A program made the translations under genes and the position numbers. Shown here piece after piece: positions 17,617-27,581 of a stretch of 53,274 bases of DNA (position 1 is the first letter of the stretch; each line of letters begins with the position of its first letter). The notes under the pieces are model-generated. The model searched no databases, was not told the DNA's origin, and saw only the letters and a list, made by a program, of their open reading frames with translations. Source of the DNA: Selenomonadaceae bacterium. GTDB lineage: Bacteria > Bacillota > Negativicutes > Selenomonadales > Selenomonadaceae. Location of the stretch: positions 1 to 53,274 of the forward strand of contig JAFQZB010000316.1 of the NCBI GenBank assembly GCA_017406175.1. The letters are read 5' to 3'.

Positions 17617-18290
17617 AGAAGATTTTTAAAAACGATTGGCAAGAGCTTTTAGCGGACGAATTGAACGAGCCGTATTATCAGGAGTTGCGCAAGTTTCTAA
17701 TCGACGAGTACAGCACGAAGAAAATTTTCCCGAACATGTACGACATCTTCAACGCCCTGCACTACACGAGCTACGCGGCTACAAAGGTCGTAATCTTGGG
17801 GCAAGACCCGTATCACGAGCCAGGGCAAGCGCACGGCTTGAGCTTTTCTGTTTTACCGGACGTGCCGCCGCCGTCGTCGCTGATTAATATCTTTAAGGAG
17901 TTGCGGAGCGACCTCGGTTGCTTTATCCCGAATAACGGTTGCTTAGAGCCGTGGGCTAGGCAGGGCGTTTTGCTTCTCAATGCCGTCTTGACTGTCAGGG
18001 CGCACGCGGCGAATTCTCATCGCGGGCACGGCTGGGAGACTTTCACGGATAAGATAATTCGCCTGCTCAACGACCACGAACGCCCGCTTGCCTTTATCCT
18101 GTGGGGCAATCCCGCTCGGCGCAAAAAAAATATGATAACGAACCCGCGCCATTTTATCGTTGAGTCGGCGCATCCCAGTCCGTTATCAGCTGACAGAGGT
18201 TTCTTCGGCAGTCGTCCATTTTCCCGCGTGAATCAATTCCTAGAATCAATCGGAGAAACGCCTATCGATTGGCAAATCCCCAATATCTAG
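17613..18290 (+). CDS. ung: Uracil-DNA glycosylase
   Basis: [16 protein letters not shown] and HPSPLS motifs. ATGA overlap with the upstream gene. Confidence 0.93.
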   Translation: MKKIFKNDWQELLADELNEPYYQELRKFLIDEYSTKKIFPNMYDIFNALHYTSYAATKVVILGQDPYHEPGQAHGLSFSVLPDVPPPSSLINIFKELRSDLGCFIPNNGCLEPWARQGVLLLNAVLTVRAHAANSHRGHGWETFTDKIIRLLNDHERPLAFILWGNPARRKKNMITNPRHFIVESAHPSPLSADRGFFGSRPFSRVNQFLESIGETPIDWQIPNI

Positions 18291-18305
18291 AAAGGAGTCG
18301 CCCTC

Positions 18306-18674
18306 ATGACGAAAAAAACGATTACTCAAATCCTTATGGCGGTCTTGATTATCTCAAATATCTATCTGGTTTATCGCGTCAATGCAAACACGATGTCGAT
18401 TGCCTCATACGACGCGGGCATTAATCAGCGCACAGGCGTCGGCAAACTCGAAAGTTTCTGGACAAAATATATCGGCGGCTCCAAAGGGCTTGGAACTTAC
18501 GAGGACAGAGAGCGCGCCGAGGCAGATAGTCAAACGGTTACTTACGTTCTCTTTGTACTGGACGCTGTTCTTATCGGGGCAATGTATTTGCTTAACAGGA
18601 AACCCAAGCCCAAACCCGCGCCCGTCGACGAGGACGACTGGAGAAGCCCGCGTAGGTCTCGTCGTCGCAGATAA
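18306..18674 (+). CDS. Small membrane protein with a Pro/Lys and Arg-rich tail
   Basis: Two predicted TM segments. Tail KPKPKPAPVDEDDWRSPRRSRRRR. SD AAGGAG upstream. Confidence 0.55.
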   Translation: MTKKTITQILMAVLIISNIYLVYRVNANTMSIASYDAGINQRTGVGKLESFWTKYIGGSKGLGTYEDRERAEADSQTVTYVLFVLDAVLIGAMYLLNRKPKPKPAPVDEDDWRSPRRSRRRR

Positions 18675-19256
18675 TCATTCAAAATCCCGGCAGTAGTAGC
18701 GTATCTCGTCAAGCCTTCTGTAAAGGTTATCGCCGGGGCAAGCCGTGTCGTTCAAATCCCGGTGCCCGACGATAACGCCCTTTTGCATTGGGTCTAGCTT
18801 GTACCTTTGACAAAGCCACGCCGTCAACAGCTTAAGCGAATCCATCTGCACCGACGGAACTTTAACTAAGTCGAAGTTGCCCGCAACGCAAATCCCGACG
18901 GAGTTCTTGTTATGTTGATAGGCATGAGCACCGACCGCTAAAGGCTTGCGCCCTTGCTCTATCCTGCCGTCCTTGCGTATCACGTAATGATAGCCGATTC
19001 CCGCCCAACCGTTTACTTCTTGGTGGAACTTGTGAATCTCCTCGGCGGAAGAATCCTTATCGCCGTCGGGAAAGCCTGCATGGTGAATCACGATGACTTC
19101 AGTTGACGGTCGCTCCTCGTACTCGGTGAACCGCAAAAATAATTTTCTTATCGGCGGCTCCCACGTCTCCAAGATGTAGGCGGCTGCTTTTTTGTCGCCC
19201 AAAAACATTCCGCACGCCGTCAAAGCCAACGCCCTTAAAAATTTTCTCCTGTCCAA
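18675..19256 (-). CDS. N-acetylmuramoyl-L-alanine amidase (Amidase_2/PGRP fold) with a twin-arginine-like signal
   Basis: MDRRKFLRALALTA signal. VIVIHHAG, GYHYVIRKDGRIEQGR and GHRDLNDTACPG motifs. Confidence 0.85.
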   Translation of the reverse strand: MDRRKFLRALALTACGMFLGDKKAAAYILETWEPPIRKLFLRFTEYEERPSTEVIVIHHAGFPDGDKDSSAEEIHKFHQEVNGWAGIGYHYVIRKDGRIEQGRKPLAVGAHAYQHNKNSVGICVAGNFDLVKVPSVQMDSLKLLTAWLCQRYKLDPMQKGVIVGHRDLNDTACPGDNLYRRLDEIRYYCRDFE

Positions 19257-19267
19257 TGCGTCGCCCC

Positions 19268-19612
19268 CTAGACCTTCGGCAAGACACGCAAGGTTATCTC
19301 GCCCGTGAAATTGTCGTGCCCCGCAAAGGATATGTCGTGATTGCCGGGCGGCACGTCAAGCGAAGTCTCCTGCGTCTTGTCAAAGGTGTAACTCTTGCCG
19401 CCGACGATTACTTCAATCTGCCCTTGCTCAATCTTCGTATCGACTGCCAAAGCCCCGCTAACTAACAGGGACTTTGAATCGCTCGTGTCGTTGAAGTTCT
19501 TGCCCGACATTTGAATTTCAGTATCAGTCGATTTAATGGAATGGCTTTCCGTCGAACAGCCGCCCACAATCAGAGCCGCCGCCAACATCATCATGCAAAA
19601 AAGTTTCTTCAA
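19268..19612 (-). CDS. Small lipoprotein, unknown function
   Basis: MKKLFCMMMLAAALIVGGCS lipobox. The start overlaps the stop of the upstream phosphatase (ATGA). Confidence 0.65.
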   Translation of the reverse strand: MKKLFCMMMLAAALIVGGCSTESHSIKSTDTEIQMSGKNFNDTSDSKSLLVSGALAVDTKIEQGQIEVIVGGKSYTFDKTQETSLDVPPGNHDISFAGHDNFTGEITLRVLPKV

Positions 19613-21804
19613 GTCTTATCGCCTCCGTTGAATCGTAAAGCAAACATCGTAATATCGTCCGATTGTTCAGCCTCGCCGACGTGCTTTGCCAAATCGCCGC
19701 GAACATTCCTAAGCAAATTCTCCAAGTCCTTTGTACAATCCGTCGAATTCATGAAGGCTATCAAGCGGTCGGGCAAATACTCTTCCTCCTTGACGTTCAA
19801 AGCCTCGGTGACACCGTCGGTATAAAGGAAAAGCAAATCGCCACGTTCAAGATTAATCTTCTGTTCGATAAAAGGAATGCCGTCCATGGGTCCGAGAACA
19901 AAATTTTTCTTAACGTCTAGGAAGTCGCAATGGTTGGTCGCCGCGTGATAGACGACTGGCGGATTGTGCCCCGCGTTGACGAAGGTAAATTCTCCCGTCT
20001 CAAGGTCGAGTACACCAACGAACGCCGTAACGAACATCATAGCCTCGTTGGTCGCGCAAAGTTGCTCATTGGCGGCGGCGACCACGGGTGCCAGTCCGTT
20101 TTGCTTATAAGAACTCGTGGCGAAGTTATTGAGCACGGTTTTAGCAATGACCATGAACAATGCGGCAGGAATTCCCTTGCCAGAGACATCAGCGACCGTT
20201 ATCGCTAGGTGCGTCTCGTCGAGGAAGTAGAAGTCGTAGAAGTCTCCGCCGACTGCCTTAGCAGGTTTCATCGTGGCTAATAGTTCAAAGTCTTTGCGCG
20301 TGGGAAAGTCCTTGGGCAGCATGCCGCTTTGAATATCTTTGGCAACGTCAAGTTCAGTGGCAATGCGTTCCTTCTCCGCCGTGACTTTCGTTAGGTTCGA
20401 CATCTGCGCTTTAAGGTCGTCGGTCATTGCGTTAAAGCACGTGGCAAGGTGTTCAATCTCGTCGCCAGTGTGTATTTCCAATTTCTTATCAAGGTTACCG
20501 CTTGCAATCTCGCGCACGCCGTCCGACAGCTCGCGAATCGGCTTGACGAACCGCCGCGAAAGGTTAGTACTCATTAAGACCAAAATTATCAGTAACACCA
20601 CGGGAATAATCACGGCGAGATTGTTCACGTAAGAATATTCCTGGCGCATTTTCTTTTGCAGGTTGGCGACTTGTTGCAAGAAGTATGCTCCCGTGCCCGC
20701 AGTAGCCCGTAATACTTCATTTTCCGAAACGAGCATACCGAAGCTCCAACCCGTCACTGGCATCGGCGCGAAAGCAAGATAATATTTATCGCCGTTCAAC
20801 TTGATGGGAACAACATCTTGCTCGCCGTTAGCCATGCGCTCAGCCGTCCTAGCCAAGTAAGTATCGCGCAAGTCGTCAGCCTCACCCACGGCAAGAACTC
20901 CTTTTGTCTGCGACGAGAAGATAACTTCGCCGTATTCGTTCATGACAAAGTTTATTCCGCCCTTAAACATATTTGCCATATTGATGAAGTTGTAAACGTC
21001 AATATTCGAGGCATCTACGCCCGCTACGCCAATCAGATTCCCCGCCGCGTCATAGAAGGGAGCCGCCGACCCGATTTGGTCATAAGATTTCTTTCCCTTA
21101 ACCTCAATCGTGCGATAAAGTTCAGAGATAACGGGAGCATTCTTTCTTTTGGCGGCGATATACCACGGACGCTTGCGCGGGTCGAATTCGTAAACGCGCT
21201 CGTGAGAAAAATGAAGCGTCGCGTTTAAGTCGGTATAGCCGTTCTCGTCGGGGACAAGTCGGGCACAAATATACCAGCCCTTTTCCCCGCCAACAAAAAT
21301 CGTCGCACTGTAGCCTAGGTAAGTTTTCAAAGCATCTTTCATAATGTCTTTGATGTTGGCGGCAAGCTCCAGTTCGCGTTGGATTTCGGGCGTGATATTG
21401 TCGCGGATATTGGGCGCATAAATCTTGTAAGGTTCGCCCTGCTTAACGGGGTCGGTGCGCGGGTCGGGCAATGTCTTTGGCAAATAGTCATCGGGGTGCG
21501 ACATTATCTCCGTCATTGCGTCGGCAATAATTTGGGCATCTTCCCGCGAGATTGACATTTCGCGGTCGACGTATTGCGCTTTGGCTTCGGCAAGTTCTCC
21601 GAGCGTTTGCTTTAGGTGTTTAACTAATAAATCATCAGCATAAGTTGCGCTTTCCTCGCCAAGCTCAATGCTCATCGCCACCATATCACGCCTTACGACG
21701 CCGCGCCCATAGTAAGAGAACAAACCGAGTATCAAGAATGTTACCAGCCCCGCCCCCAAGACCAGTATTAAAACCTTTTTGTGAATGTTAAGCTTCACTG
21801 TCAA
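19609..21804 (-). CDS. Membrane sensor PP2C/SpoIIE-family serine phosphatase (Cache-like periplasmic domain, HAMP, PP2C)
   Basis: N-terminal TM, a ~350-aa extracytoplasmic domain, a second TM, HAMP (LSDGVREIASGNLDKKL) and the SpoIIE domain (GGDFYDF, VADVSGKGIPAALFM, LYTDGVTEA, DDITMFALRF). Confidence 0.88.
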   Translation of the reverse strand: MTVKLNIHKKVLILVLGAGLVTFLILGLFSYYGRGVVRRDMVAMSIELGEESATYADDLLVKHLKQTLGELAEAKAQYVDREMSISREDAQIIADAMTEIMSHPDDYLPKTLPDPRTDPVKQGEPYKIYAPNIRDNITPEIQRELELAANIKDIMKDALKTYLGYSATIFVGGEKGWYICARLVPDENGYTDLNATLHFSHERVYEFDPRKRPWYIAAKRKNAPVISELYRTIEVKGKKSYDQIGSAAPFYDAAGNLIGVAGVDASNIDVYNFINMANMFKGGINFVMNEYGEVIFSSQTKGVLAVGEADDLRDTYLARTAERMANGEQDVVPIKLNGDKYYLAFAPMPVTGWSFGMLVSENEVLRATAGTGAYFLQQVANLQKKMRQEYSYVNNLAVIIPVVLLIILVLMSTNLSRRFVKPIRELSDGVREIASGNLDKKLEIHTGDEIEHLATCFNAMTDDLKAQMSNLTKVTAEKERIATELDVAKDIQSGMLPKDFPTRKDFELLATMKPAKAVGGDFYDFYFLDETHLAITVADVSGKGIPAALFMVIAKTVLNNFATSSYKQNGLAPVVAAANEQLCATNEAMMFVTAFVGVLDLETGEFTFVNAGHNPPVVYHAATNHCDFLDVKKNFVLGPMDGIPFIEQKINLERGDLLFLYTDGVTEALNVKEEEYLPDRLIAFMNSTDCTKDLENLLRNVRGDLAKHVGEAEQSDDITMFALRFNGGDKT

Positions 21805-22949
21805 TTCTCCCAGCCGAGTTGCTTTGCCTTAACGAAATCCTCTTGAGACTTCTTAATATCGCCGCGTGCCTTATAACATTCGCCACGGGAACGATACGTC
21901 AAAGCATTTGCATGGAACGGACTAAACTCAAGAGCCTTACTGAAATAAGTTATCGCCTTGTCATACTTGTCTAACTGCATGTAAGCATGCCCCAAACCGT
22001 TATAAGCCTCGCCGATTTTGGGATTTAGTTCAAGTGCCTTTTGGTAATAAAAAATGCTCTTCTCGTAATCCCGTTCGCCGTTGTAGATGTTGCCGAAGGT
22101 AGACCACGCCCAAGCATTTTTAGGATTCAAAGCCAACGAATCACTTGCAAGCGGTGCCGCCTCGGTGTATTTCTCTTCGTCGCAGAGTTTGCGAGCCGCC
22201 CTTATCTTTTCCCTAGCCGTGTTAATGTTCTTCGCCTGGATAAAGTCTGCGCGAGCCTTTTCCTTGTCGCCGAGAGCTTGATAACATTCGCCTCTGCCGT
22301 TGAAAGCCGTGCCGTTGTTCGGGTCGAGTTTGATTGCCTTGTCGTAGTTTTGGATTGCGTTCCCGAAATCGTTCTTAGTCTTATAAAACCAACCGAACTT
22401 TTCATAAACAGCGGCGTTGTTTGAATCCAGATTAATCGCCTCAGTTAAAAGGGACAGCACGTTATCAAAGCTACCCGCGTTCATGAGGTTATTGGCTTCC
22501 TCAACCTTCCTGTTCGACATGTAAAGATTTTCGTTATCTTGATTCACGGGCGGCGGCGGAATATTTTTCGGATTGCTGTCGCCAGAATTTTGCAAGCGGC
22601 GGTTCAAGTCTTCGGGGTCAATATCAACTTTAACGATGGCTTTAACGATTAAATCCGACCGCTCGTAGACGACTTCGCGAACTTGCAAGACAGCCCCCGT
22701 CCTTGAGGTTATCACGTCCTCGACAAGTTCAAAATCCTCCGTGCGTGAACGGCTCGTAACCAAAACGCCGGCTTGCTCCAGAGCATTGCGCATCGCCTTT
22801 TCCTTAGCACCCTGCTTGGCAATCTCCAGCGTGTCACGTTCGCCAATCATGTATTCGCCAACGCCTGTATAAGTTTTAACTTCGGCGTGACTTGTCGGCA
22901 TGAAGAGCAAACTACTGACGAGAGCCGCCAGCAAAAAAAGTTTCTTCAA
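21801..22949 (-). CDS. Exported LPP20-like N-domain plus TPR-repeat protein
   Basis: Signal peptide MKKLFLLAALVSSLLFMPTSHA. N-domain YTGVGEYMIGERDTLEIAKQGAKEKAMRNALEQAGV. About seven TPR units toward the C-terminus. Confidence 0.75.
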   Translation of the reverse strand: MKKLFLLAALVSSLLFMPTSHAEVKTYTGVGEYMIGERDTLEIAKQGAKEKAMRNALEQAGVLVTSRSRTEDFELVEDVITSRTGAVLQVREVVYERSDLIVKAIVKVDIDPEDLNRRLQNSGDSNPKNIPPPPVNQDNENLYMSNRKVEEANNLMNAGSFDNVLSLLTEAINLDSNNAAVYEKFGWFYKTKNDFGNAIQNYDKAIKLDPNNGTAFNGRGECYQALGDKEKARADFIQAKNINTAREKIRAARKLCDEEKYTEAAPLASDSLALNPKNAWAWSTFGNIYNGERDYEKSIFYYQKALELNPKIGEAYNGLGHAYMQLDKYDKAITYFSKALEFSPFHANALTYRSRGECYKARGDIKKSQEDFVKAKQLGWEN

Positions 22950-25123
22950 GTCTTATCACCTCCGTTGAATCGTAAGGCAAACATCGTTATATCGTCCGAT
23001 TGCTCAGCCATGCCGACATGCATTGACAAGTTGCCGCGAATATTTTTCAGCAACCCTTTTAAGTCCGTCGTGCAGTCCGTCGAGTTCATGAAGTTAATCA
23101 GGCGTTCGGGAAGATACTCCTCGTCGTTGACATTCAAAGCCTCGGTGACGCCGTCGGTATAAAGATAAAGCAGGTCGCCGGGCTTGAGTGAAATCTTTTG
23201 CTCAGCAAAGGGAATGTCGTCCATGGGTCCGAGAACAAAATTTTTCTTAACGTCTAGGAAGTCGCAATGATTTGTTGCCGCGTGATAGACGACTGGCGGA
23301 TTGTGCCCCGCGTTGACGAAGGTAAATTCTCCCGTCTCAAGGTCTAGCACACCGACGAACGCAGTCACGAACATCATAGCCTCGTTATTGGCGCAAAGCT
23401 TATCATTGGCGGCGGCGACCACTTCGGCTAGTCCCTCCCGGTTGTGCGTCGAGACCATAAAATTTTTAAGCACAGTCTTAGAGATGACCATAAAGAGCGC
23501 GGCGGGAATTCCCTTGCCAGAGACATCAGCGACCGTTATTGCTAGGTGCGTCTCGTCAATGAAGTAGAAGTCGTAGAAGTCTCCGCCGACCTCCTTAGCT
23601 GGCTTCATCGTGGCTAATAGTTCAAAGTCTTTGCGCGTGGGAAAGTCCTTGGGCAACATGCCGCTTTGAATATCTTTGGCAACGTCAAGTTCAGTGGCAA
23701 TGCGTTCCTTCTCCGCCGTGACTTTCGTTAGGTTCGACATGTAAGCTTTAAGCTCATCGGTCATTGCGTTAAAGCACGTGGCAAGGTGTTCAATCTCGTC
23801 GCCGGTGCGTATGTCCAGTTTCTTATCAAGGTTACCGCTTGCAATCTCGCGCACGCCGTCCGACAGCTCGTTAATCGGTTTAACAAGCTTAGCTGAAGCC
23901 TTATTGCTCACCGTAAAGAAAACATAAAGCAAGCCTCCAAGCAATATAATTGTGCAAAACGTCATGAAGATATATTCGTTCTGCAGTCTTAAGCTGAAGC
24001 CTTCGACCTGAGCGACAAAGTATTCTCTGCTTTTTTCGACAATATCATCAACGTCCTTGCGCAAAGTCAGCGTGCCGAAACTCCAGCCAGTACTTTCCAT
24101 CGGCGCAAATGCTAGGAAATAGTCTTCGCCGTCAATCGTAACTGGCATGATTCCGCTTTCGCCGTGCATCATCTTCCATACGGCGCGGGCAAATCTTCTT
24201 TTGGTAGTACTGCGCAAGTCTTCGCCGTCAACCATTGCAACAAGCTCGCCTTCGGTGCGTGAAGAGAAAATTATTTTGCCGTCCTTATTCAGAACGAAAC
24301 TGGAGCCGTCCGAGCCGATAGCCGTTTCATTAATCGCCTCGTAAATGTCAGTGTTCGATACGTCAATGCCAACGACGCCCGCCGCATTGCCCGACGCGTC
24401 GTAATAGGGCGCGGAGCAACCGATAAGCTGATACTTGCCTATGTTCATATGGGCGTAGAGGTCAGAGAAAACGGGAGCATTAGCCGCAATCGCCGCCTTG
24501 TACCAAGGACGCTCGCGGGGGTCGTAATCAAAGAACTCGCTCTCCTCGAATGGCAACGGACCATCATTATCAGGGAAGACGCTACTGCAGATTAACCAGC
24601 CGTGTTTGGAGCCGACATAGCATGAAGACTTATAATTGATAAAAGCACCTGCAAGCGGAGCGAGCAAAGTACGAATGTTGCTAGCGATTCCTATTTCGTG
24701 TTCCAATTCGGGCGTTAAACCGTCGCGCTTTACGTCAGGACCGTAAGTCAGATAAGTTTGCTTGTTGTAGACTGGTTCAAATCGCGGATTGAGGACTTTA
24801 ACGGGCTTATAGTCGTTGGGATTGGAAGCGATTTGCGTCATCGTATCTGCCAAAACTTTCACGTCCGAACGAATCAATTCCGTTTCGTTGTCAATGAATT
24901 CCGCACGAGCCCTAGCTAAATCTTCGAGCGTCCTTTTAAGCTGATACGTTACTAGATTTTCCGTGAAGTTCGCGCCCGCCTTGCTTAGGTCGTCGCCCAT
25001 CTCTTCCATTTCGTTTCGCACGGTCAATAAACCGTAAAAAGAAAGACCGCTCAAAGTCAAGAATGACAATATCCCCGCAGCCAAGACGAGGACGAGCAGT
25101 CTTTTTTGTATGTTCCATTTCAT
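22946..25123 (-). CDS. Membrane sensor PP2C/SpoIIE-family serine phosphatase, paralogue of 19609-21804
   Basis: Same architecture. The HAMP plus PP2C half is nearly identical to the paralogue, while the sensor half has diverged. Confidence 0.88.
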   Translation of the reverse strand: MKWNIQKRLLVLVLAAGILSFLTLSGLSFYGLLTVRNEMEEMGDDLSKAGANFTENLVTYQLKRTLEDLARARAEFIDNETELIRSDVKVLADTMTQIASNPNDYKPVKVLNPRFEPVYNKQTYLTYGPDVKRDGLTPELEHEIGIASNIRTLLAPLAGAFINYKSSCYVGSKHGWLICSSVFPDNDGPLPFEESEFFDYDPRERPWYKAAIAANAPVFSDLYAHMNIGKYQLIGCSAPYYDASGNAAGVVGIDVSNTDIYEAINETAIGSDGSSFVLNKDGKIIFSSRTEGELVAMVDGEDLRSTTKRRFARAVWKMMHGESGIMPVTIDGEDYFLAFAPMESTGWSFGTLTLRKDVDDIVEKSREYFVAQVEGFSLRLQNEYIFMTFCTIILLGGLLYVFFTVSNKASAKLVKPINELSDGVREIASGNLDKKLDIRTGDEIEHLATCFNAMTDELKAYMSNLTKVTAEKERIATELDVAKDIQSGMLPKDFPTRKDFELLATMKPAKEVGGDFYDFYFIDETHLAITVADVSGKGIPAALFMVISKTVLKNFMVSTHNREGLAEVVAAANDKLCANNEAMMFVTAFVGVLDLETGEFTFVNAGHNPPVVYHAATNHCDFLDVKKNFVLGPMDDIPFAEQKISLKPGDLLYLYTDGVTEALNVNDEEYLPERLINFMNSTDCTTDLKGLLKNIRGNLSMHVGMAEQSDDITMFALRFNGGDKT

Positions 25124-25133
25124 CGAAACAACC

Positions 25134-25541
25134 TCAGAAGAATTTTTTCATGCGCAGAATATTTTTTCCATCTGTGTATTCGTAAGCGATCTCATCAACA
25201 TTTTTTTTGACAAGGAAGATTCCTAAGCCGCCAACGTCGCGCTCCTCAATGCTAAGGGTCGTATCGGGGGATTCCTGTTCAAGCGGATTGTAAGGTTTGC
25301 CGCTATCAATGAAAGTCATCAACATGGCGTTAGGATTTTCTTCAAACTCCATGCAAAAAGTCGCCGGTCCCGTCTCAGGGTGATAGGCATAGCTGGCAAT
25401 GTTGACGAAGATTTCTTCAATGACAAGCTCGGTCTGCATTATGGCTTTCATAGAGCAATCGCGAGCCTCAAGTTTTTCCGTCGCGAAGTCGATAACCGCC
25501 TGCAGATTGTCGAGCACCGCATCAACTGTAATCTTTTCCAT
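25134..25541 (-). CDS. Anti-sigma regulatory factor-type Ser/Thr kinase (RsbW/SpoIIAB-like GHKL ATPase)
   Basis: 135 aa with ELVIEEIFVNIASYAY, DSGKPYNPL and GGLGIFLVKK motifs. Confidence 0.8.
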   Translation of the reverse strand: MEKITVDAVLDNLQAVIDFATEKLEARDCSMKAIMQTELVIEEIFVNIASYAYHPETGPATFCMEFEENPNAMLMTFIDSGKPYNPLEQESPDTTLSIEERDVGGLGIFLVKKNVDEIAYEYTDGKNILRMKKFF

Positions 25542-25553
25542 GAGAAGTCTCCG

Positions 25554-25850
25554 TTAAACGATCGTCATCAGGCTAGCAAAGCCCGTCATGTCCAAGACTT
25601 CCATAACCGCTTCGCTGACGTTTATGAGTTTCATTGAGCCTTGCTTGCTCATGCGCTTTTGGGCGACGAGCAAAACCCTAAGCCCAGCCGAGGCAATGTA
25701 CTTAAGCTCTGCGAAGTCGAACGTTAAATCCGTCACGTCGTTAAGGGCGGTCGTCAGTTCCTTGGACAGTTCTGGCGCGGAGCCTGCGTCGAGGCGTCCG
25801 ATAACTTTGATTGTCAATGCGCTACCTTGTTGTTCCTTTTTGATTTCCAT
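25554..25850 (-). CDS. STAS-domain anti-sigma-factor antagonist (RsbV/SpoIIAA-like)
   Basis: The ATG at 25850 follows SD AAAGGAG. LTIKVIGRLDAGSAPELSKEL...YIASAGLRVLL includes the conserved phosphorylatable Ser context. Confidence 0.85.
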   Translation of the reverse strand: MEIKKEQQGSALTIKVIGRLDAGSAPELSKELTTALNDVTDLTFDFAELKYIASAGLRVLLVAQKRMSKQGSMKLINVSEAVMEVLDMTGFASLMTIV

Positions 25851-25863
25851 TTTACAATCTCCT

Positions 25864-27501
25864 TTATAATTCTTTTCTTGCGGCAATGTACTTGTTGACA
25901 GAGGCAATGAGTTGCGCCACGTCAAACGGTTTGGCAATGTGGTAGTTCATGCCGCTTTCCATGCTCATGCGTTTATCCTCATCGCGAGAGTTTGCACTCA
26001 ACGCGATTATCGGCAAAACTTTTGCGTCGGGGCGGTCGAGTGCACGAATTGCCCGCGTCGCTTCGTAGCCGTTCATTATCGGCATCTGTATATCCATTAA
26101 CACAAGGTCATAATAGCCCGGCGGGTGCTTAGTAAAAACTTCCACAGCCTCCACGCCGTCGGCTACGGTCTCGACTGAAAAGCCCGACTCCTCCAAAATC
26201 GTCTCGGCAAGCATTCGATTGAGTTCAATGTCGTCGACCAAAAGGATTCGATGATTGTAGTTGTCATCGGCAACGAGTTCTTTAACCTCCTCAATGAAGG
26301 TTTTCTCGTCCTTTTCGCGATAAATCTTGAACGGCAAGCCCACGGTAAAGGTCGTGCCCTCGCCCTTCTTGCTTTCCGCTTCGATTGAACCGCCCATTGC
26401 GTCGACGAGCTTTTTAGTTATCGACAGCCCCAGCCCCGCGCTTATATGCCCCGTCTTAGTCGAAGTCTCTTCGCGTTCAAAGGTCTCATACATGCGCTTC
26501 ATAAATTCTTCCCGCATGCCCACGCCGTCATCACTAATCACGAACTCGCAACGAATATAATTTTCGTCTTCGGAAGTCTTCTTCTTCCTAGCAGTTAGTT
26601 TGACGTGTCCGCCCGGTTGCGTGAACTTAATCGCGTTGTCAAGCAGGGCAGAAAGTATCTTCCTTAAGTTCACGTCGTCGGTATAAACCATCTCTCGCGG
26701 CAGGTTGATGACACTCTCAAGCGAAATGTTTTTAACTTCCGCCCGACTTTTGAAGGCGTGCACCACGACCATAACTTGTTCTTCCAAGTCGCAAATCTCG
26801 GAGCGCAGTTGCGTCTTGCCGTAGGTTATCTTGCTCATGTCTAGGAGGTCATTGACGAGGTTAAGCATTTGCAGGCTACTTTCGTCGACCTTCTCTAGAT
26901 AATTCTTCAAGAGTTCAGGCTCGTTGATGTGCCGCCGCGCCAGTTCCGTGAAGCCTCTGATTGAGTTTAACGGCGTCAAGATGTCGTGCGAAATGCTGAA
27001 GAGAAACGCCGCTTTGATTTCGCTAGCTTGCTTTTCCTTGTCCAATTCCATTTCCATGCGTAGTTTCTCCTCCTGAATAAGCCGTCGTTCCGTAATATCG
27101 CTGATAAAAACATAAAAGGCGTCGCCGTGCTCAGGGAACGTCGCGAAGTGCCCGTAGTCGTCAATCCAGCGAATCGAACCATCTTTGCGCGTGATTCGAT
27201 ATTCTACGTGGTCTAAATGGTCGTTATCGGGGTCGGCAATTTGTTCTTCGATTGATTCTTGAATTGCGTCGAAGTCATCGGGATAAACCATGCCGCGGAA
27301 AGTGTAACCTGTCAGCTCCTTGAACTCGTCGAGGCTCTTGCAACCGTAAATATCCAAAACTTCATTGTTGGCGTAAAAAAGTTCGTAAGGCTCTTTGGCA
27401 GAGTAGACGAAGAAGCCGCCCGGAACTTGCTCGGCAACCCATTTTAGCATCGGCAAGACCTCGTACAAATGTTTCTTGCCTAAAAAACTCGTTCTTCCCA
27501 T
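25864..27501 (-). CDS. Hybrid sensor histidine kinase (PAS, HisKA, HATPase_c, receiver)
   Basis: H-box FSISHDILTPLNSI. N/G boxes LLDNAIKF and DDGVGM...GLGLSI. Receiver ILLVDDIELNRM...LVLMDIQMPIMNGYEA. Confidence 0.9.
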   Translation of the reverse strand: MGRTSFLGKKHLYEVLPMLKWVAEQVPGGFFVYSAKEPYELFYANNEVLDIYGCKSLDEFKELTGYTFRGMVYPDDFDAIQESIEEQIADPDNDHLDHVEYRITRKDGSIRWIDDYGHFATFPEHGDAFYVFISDITERRLIQEEKLRMEMELDKEKQASEIKAAFLFSISHDILTPLNSIRGFTELARRHINEPELLKNYLEKVDESSLQMLNLVNDLLDMSKITYGKTQLRSEICDLEEQVMVVVHAFKSRAEVKNISLESVINLPREMVYTDDVNLRKILSALLDNAIKFTQPGGHVKLTARKKKTSEDENYIRCEFVISDDGVGMREEFMKRMYETFEREETSTKTGHISAGLGLSITKKLVDAMGGSIEAESKKGEGTTFTVGLPFKIYREKDEKTFIEEVKELVADDNYNHRILLVDDIELNRMLAETILEESGFSVETVADGVEAVEVFTKHPPGYYDLVLMDIQMPIMNGYEATRAIRALDRPDAKVLPIIALSANSRDEDKRMSMESGMNYHIAKPFDVAQLIASVNKYIAARKEL

Positions 27502-27581
27502 ATCGTCTCCCCTGAACTAAAAATTTTTCTGCCATAATAACACAGCTTGTCAATTTTGCAAAAGTTTTTTTCAAGCCGTGG

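Noticed and set aside
27301-27334. TGTAAC followed 16-18 nt later by CGTC inside the histidine kinase gene, as a fourth ECF-type promoter.
   Set aside because: The -10 part does not match CGTATA at the correct spacing. It lies antisense within a coding region, and no downstream ORF depends on it.
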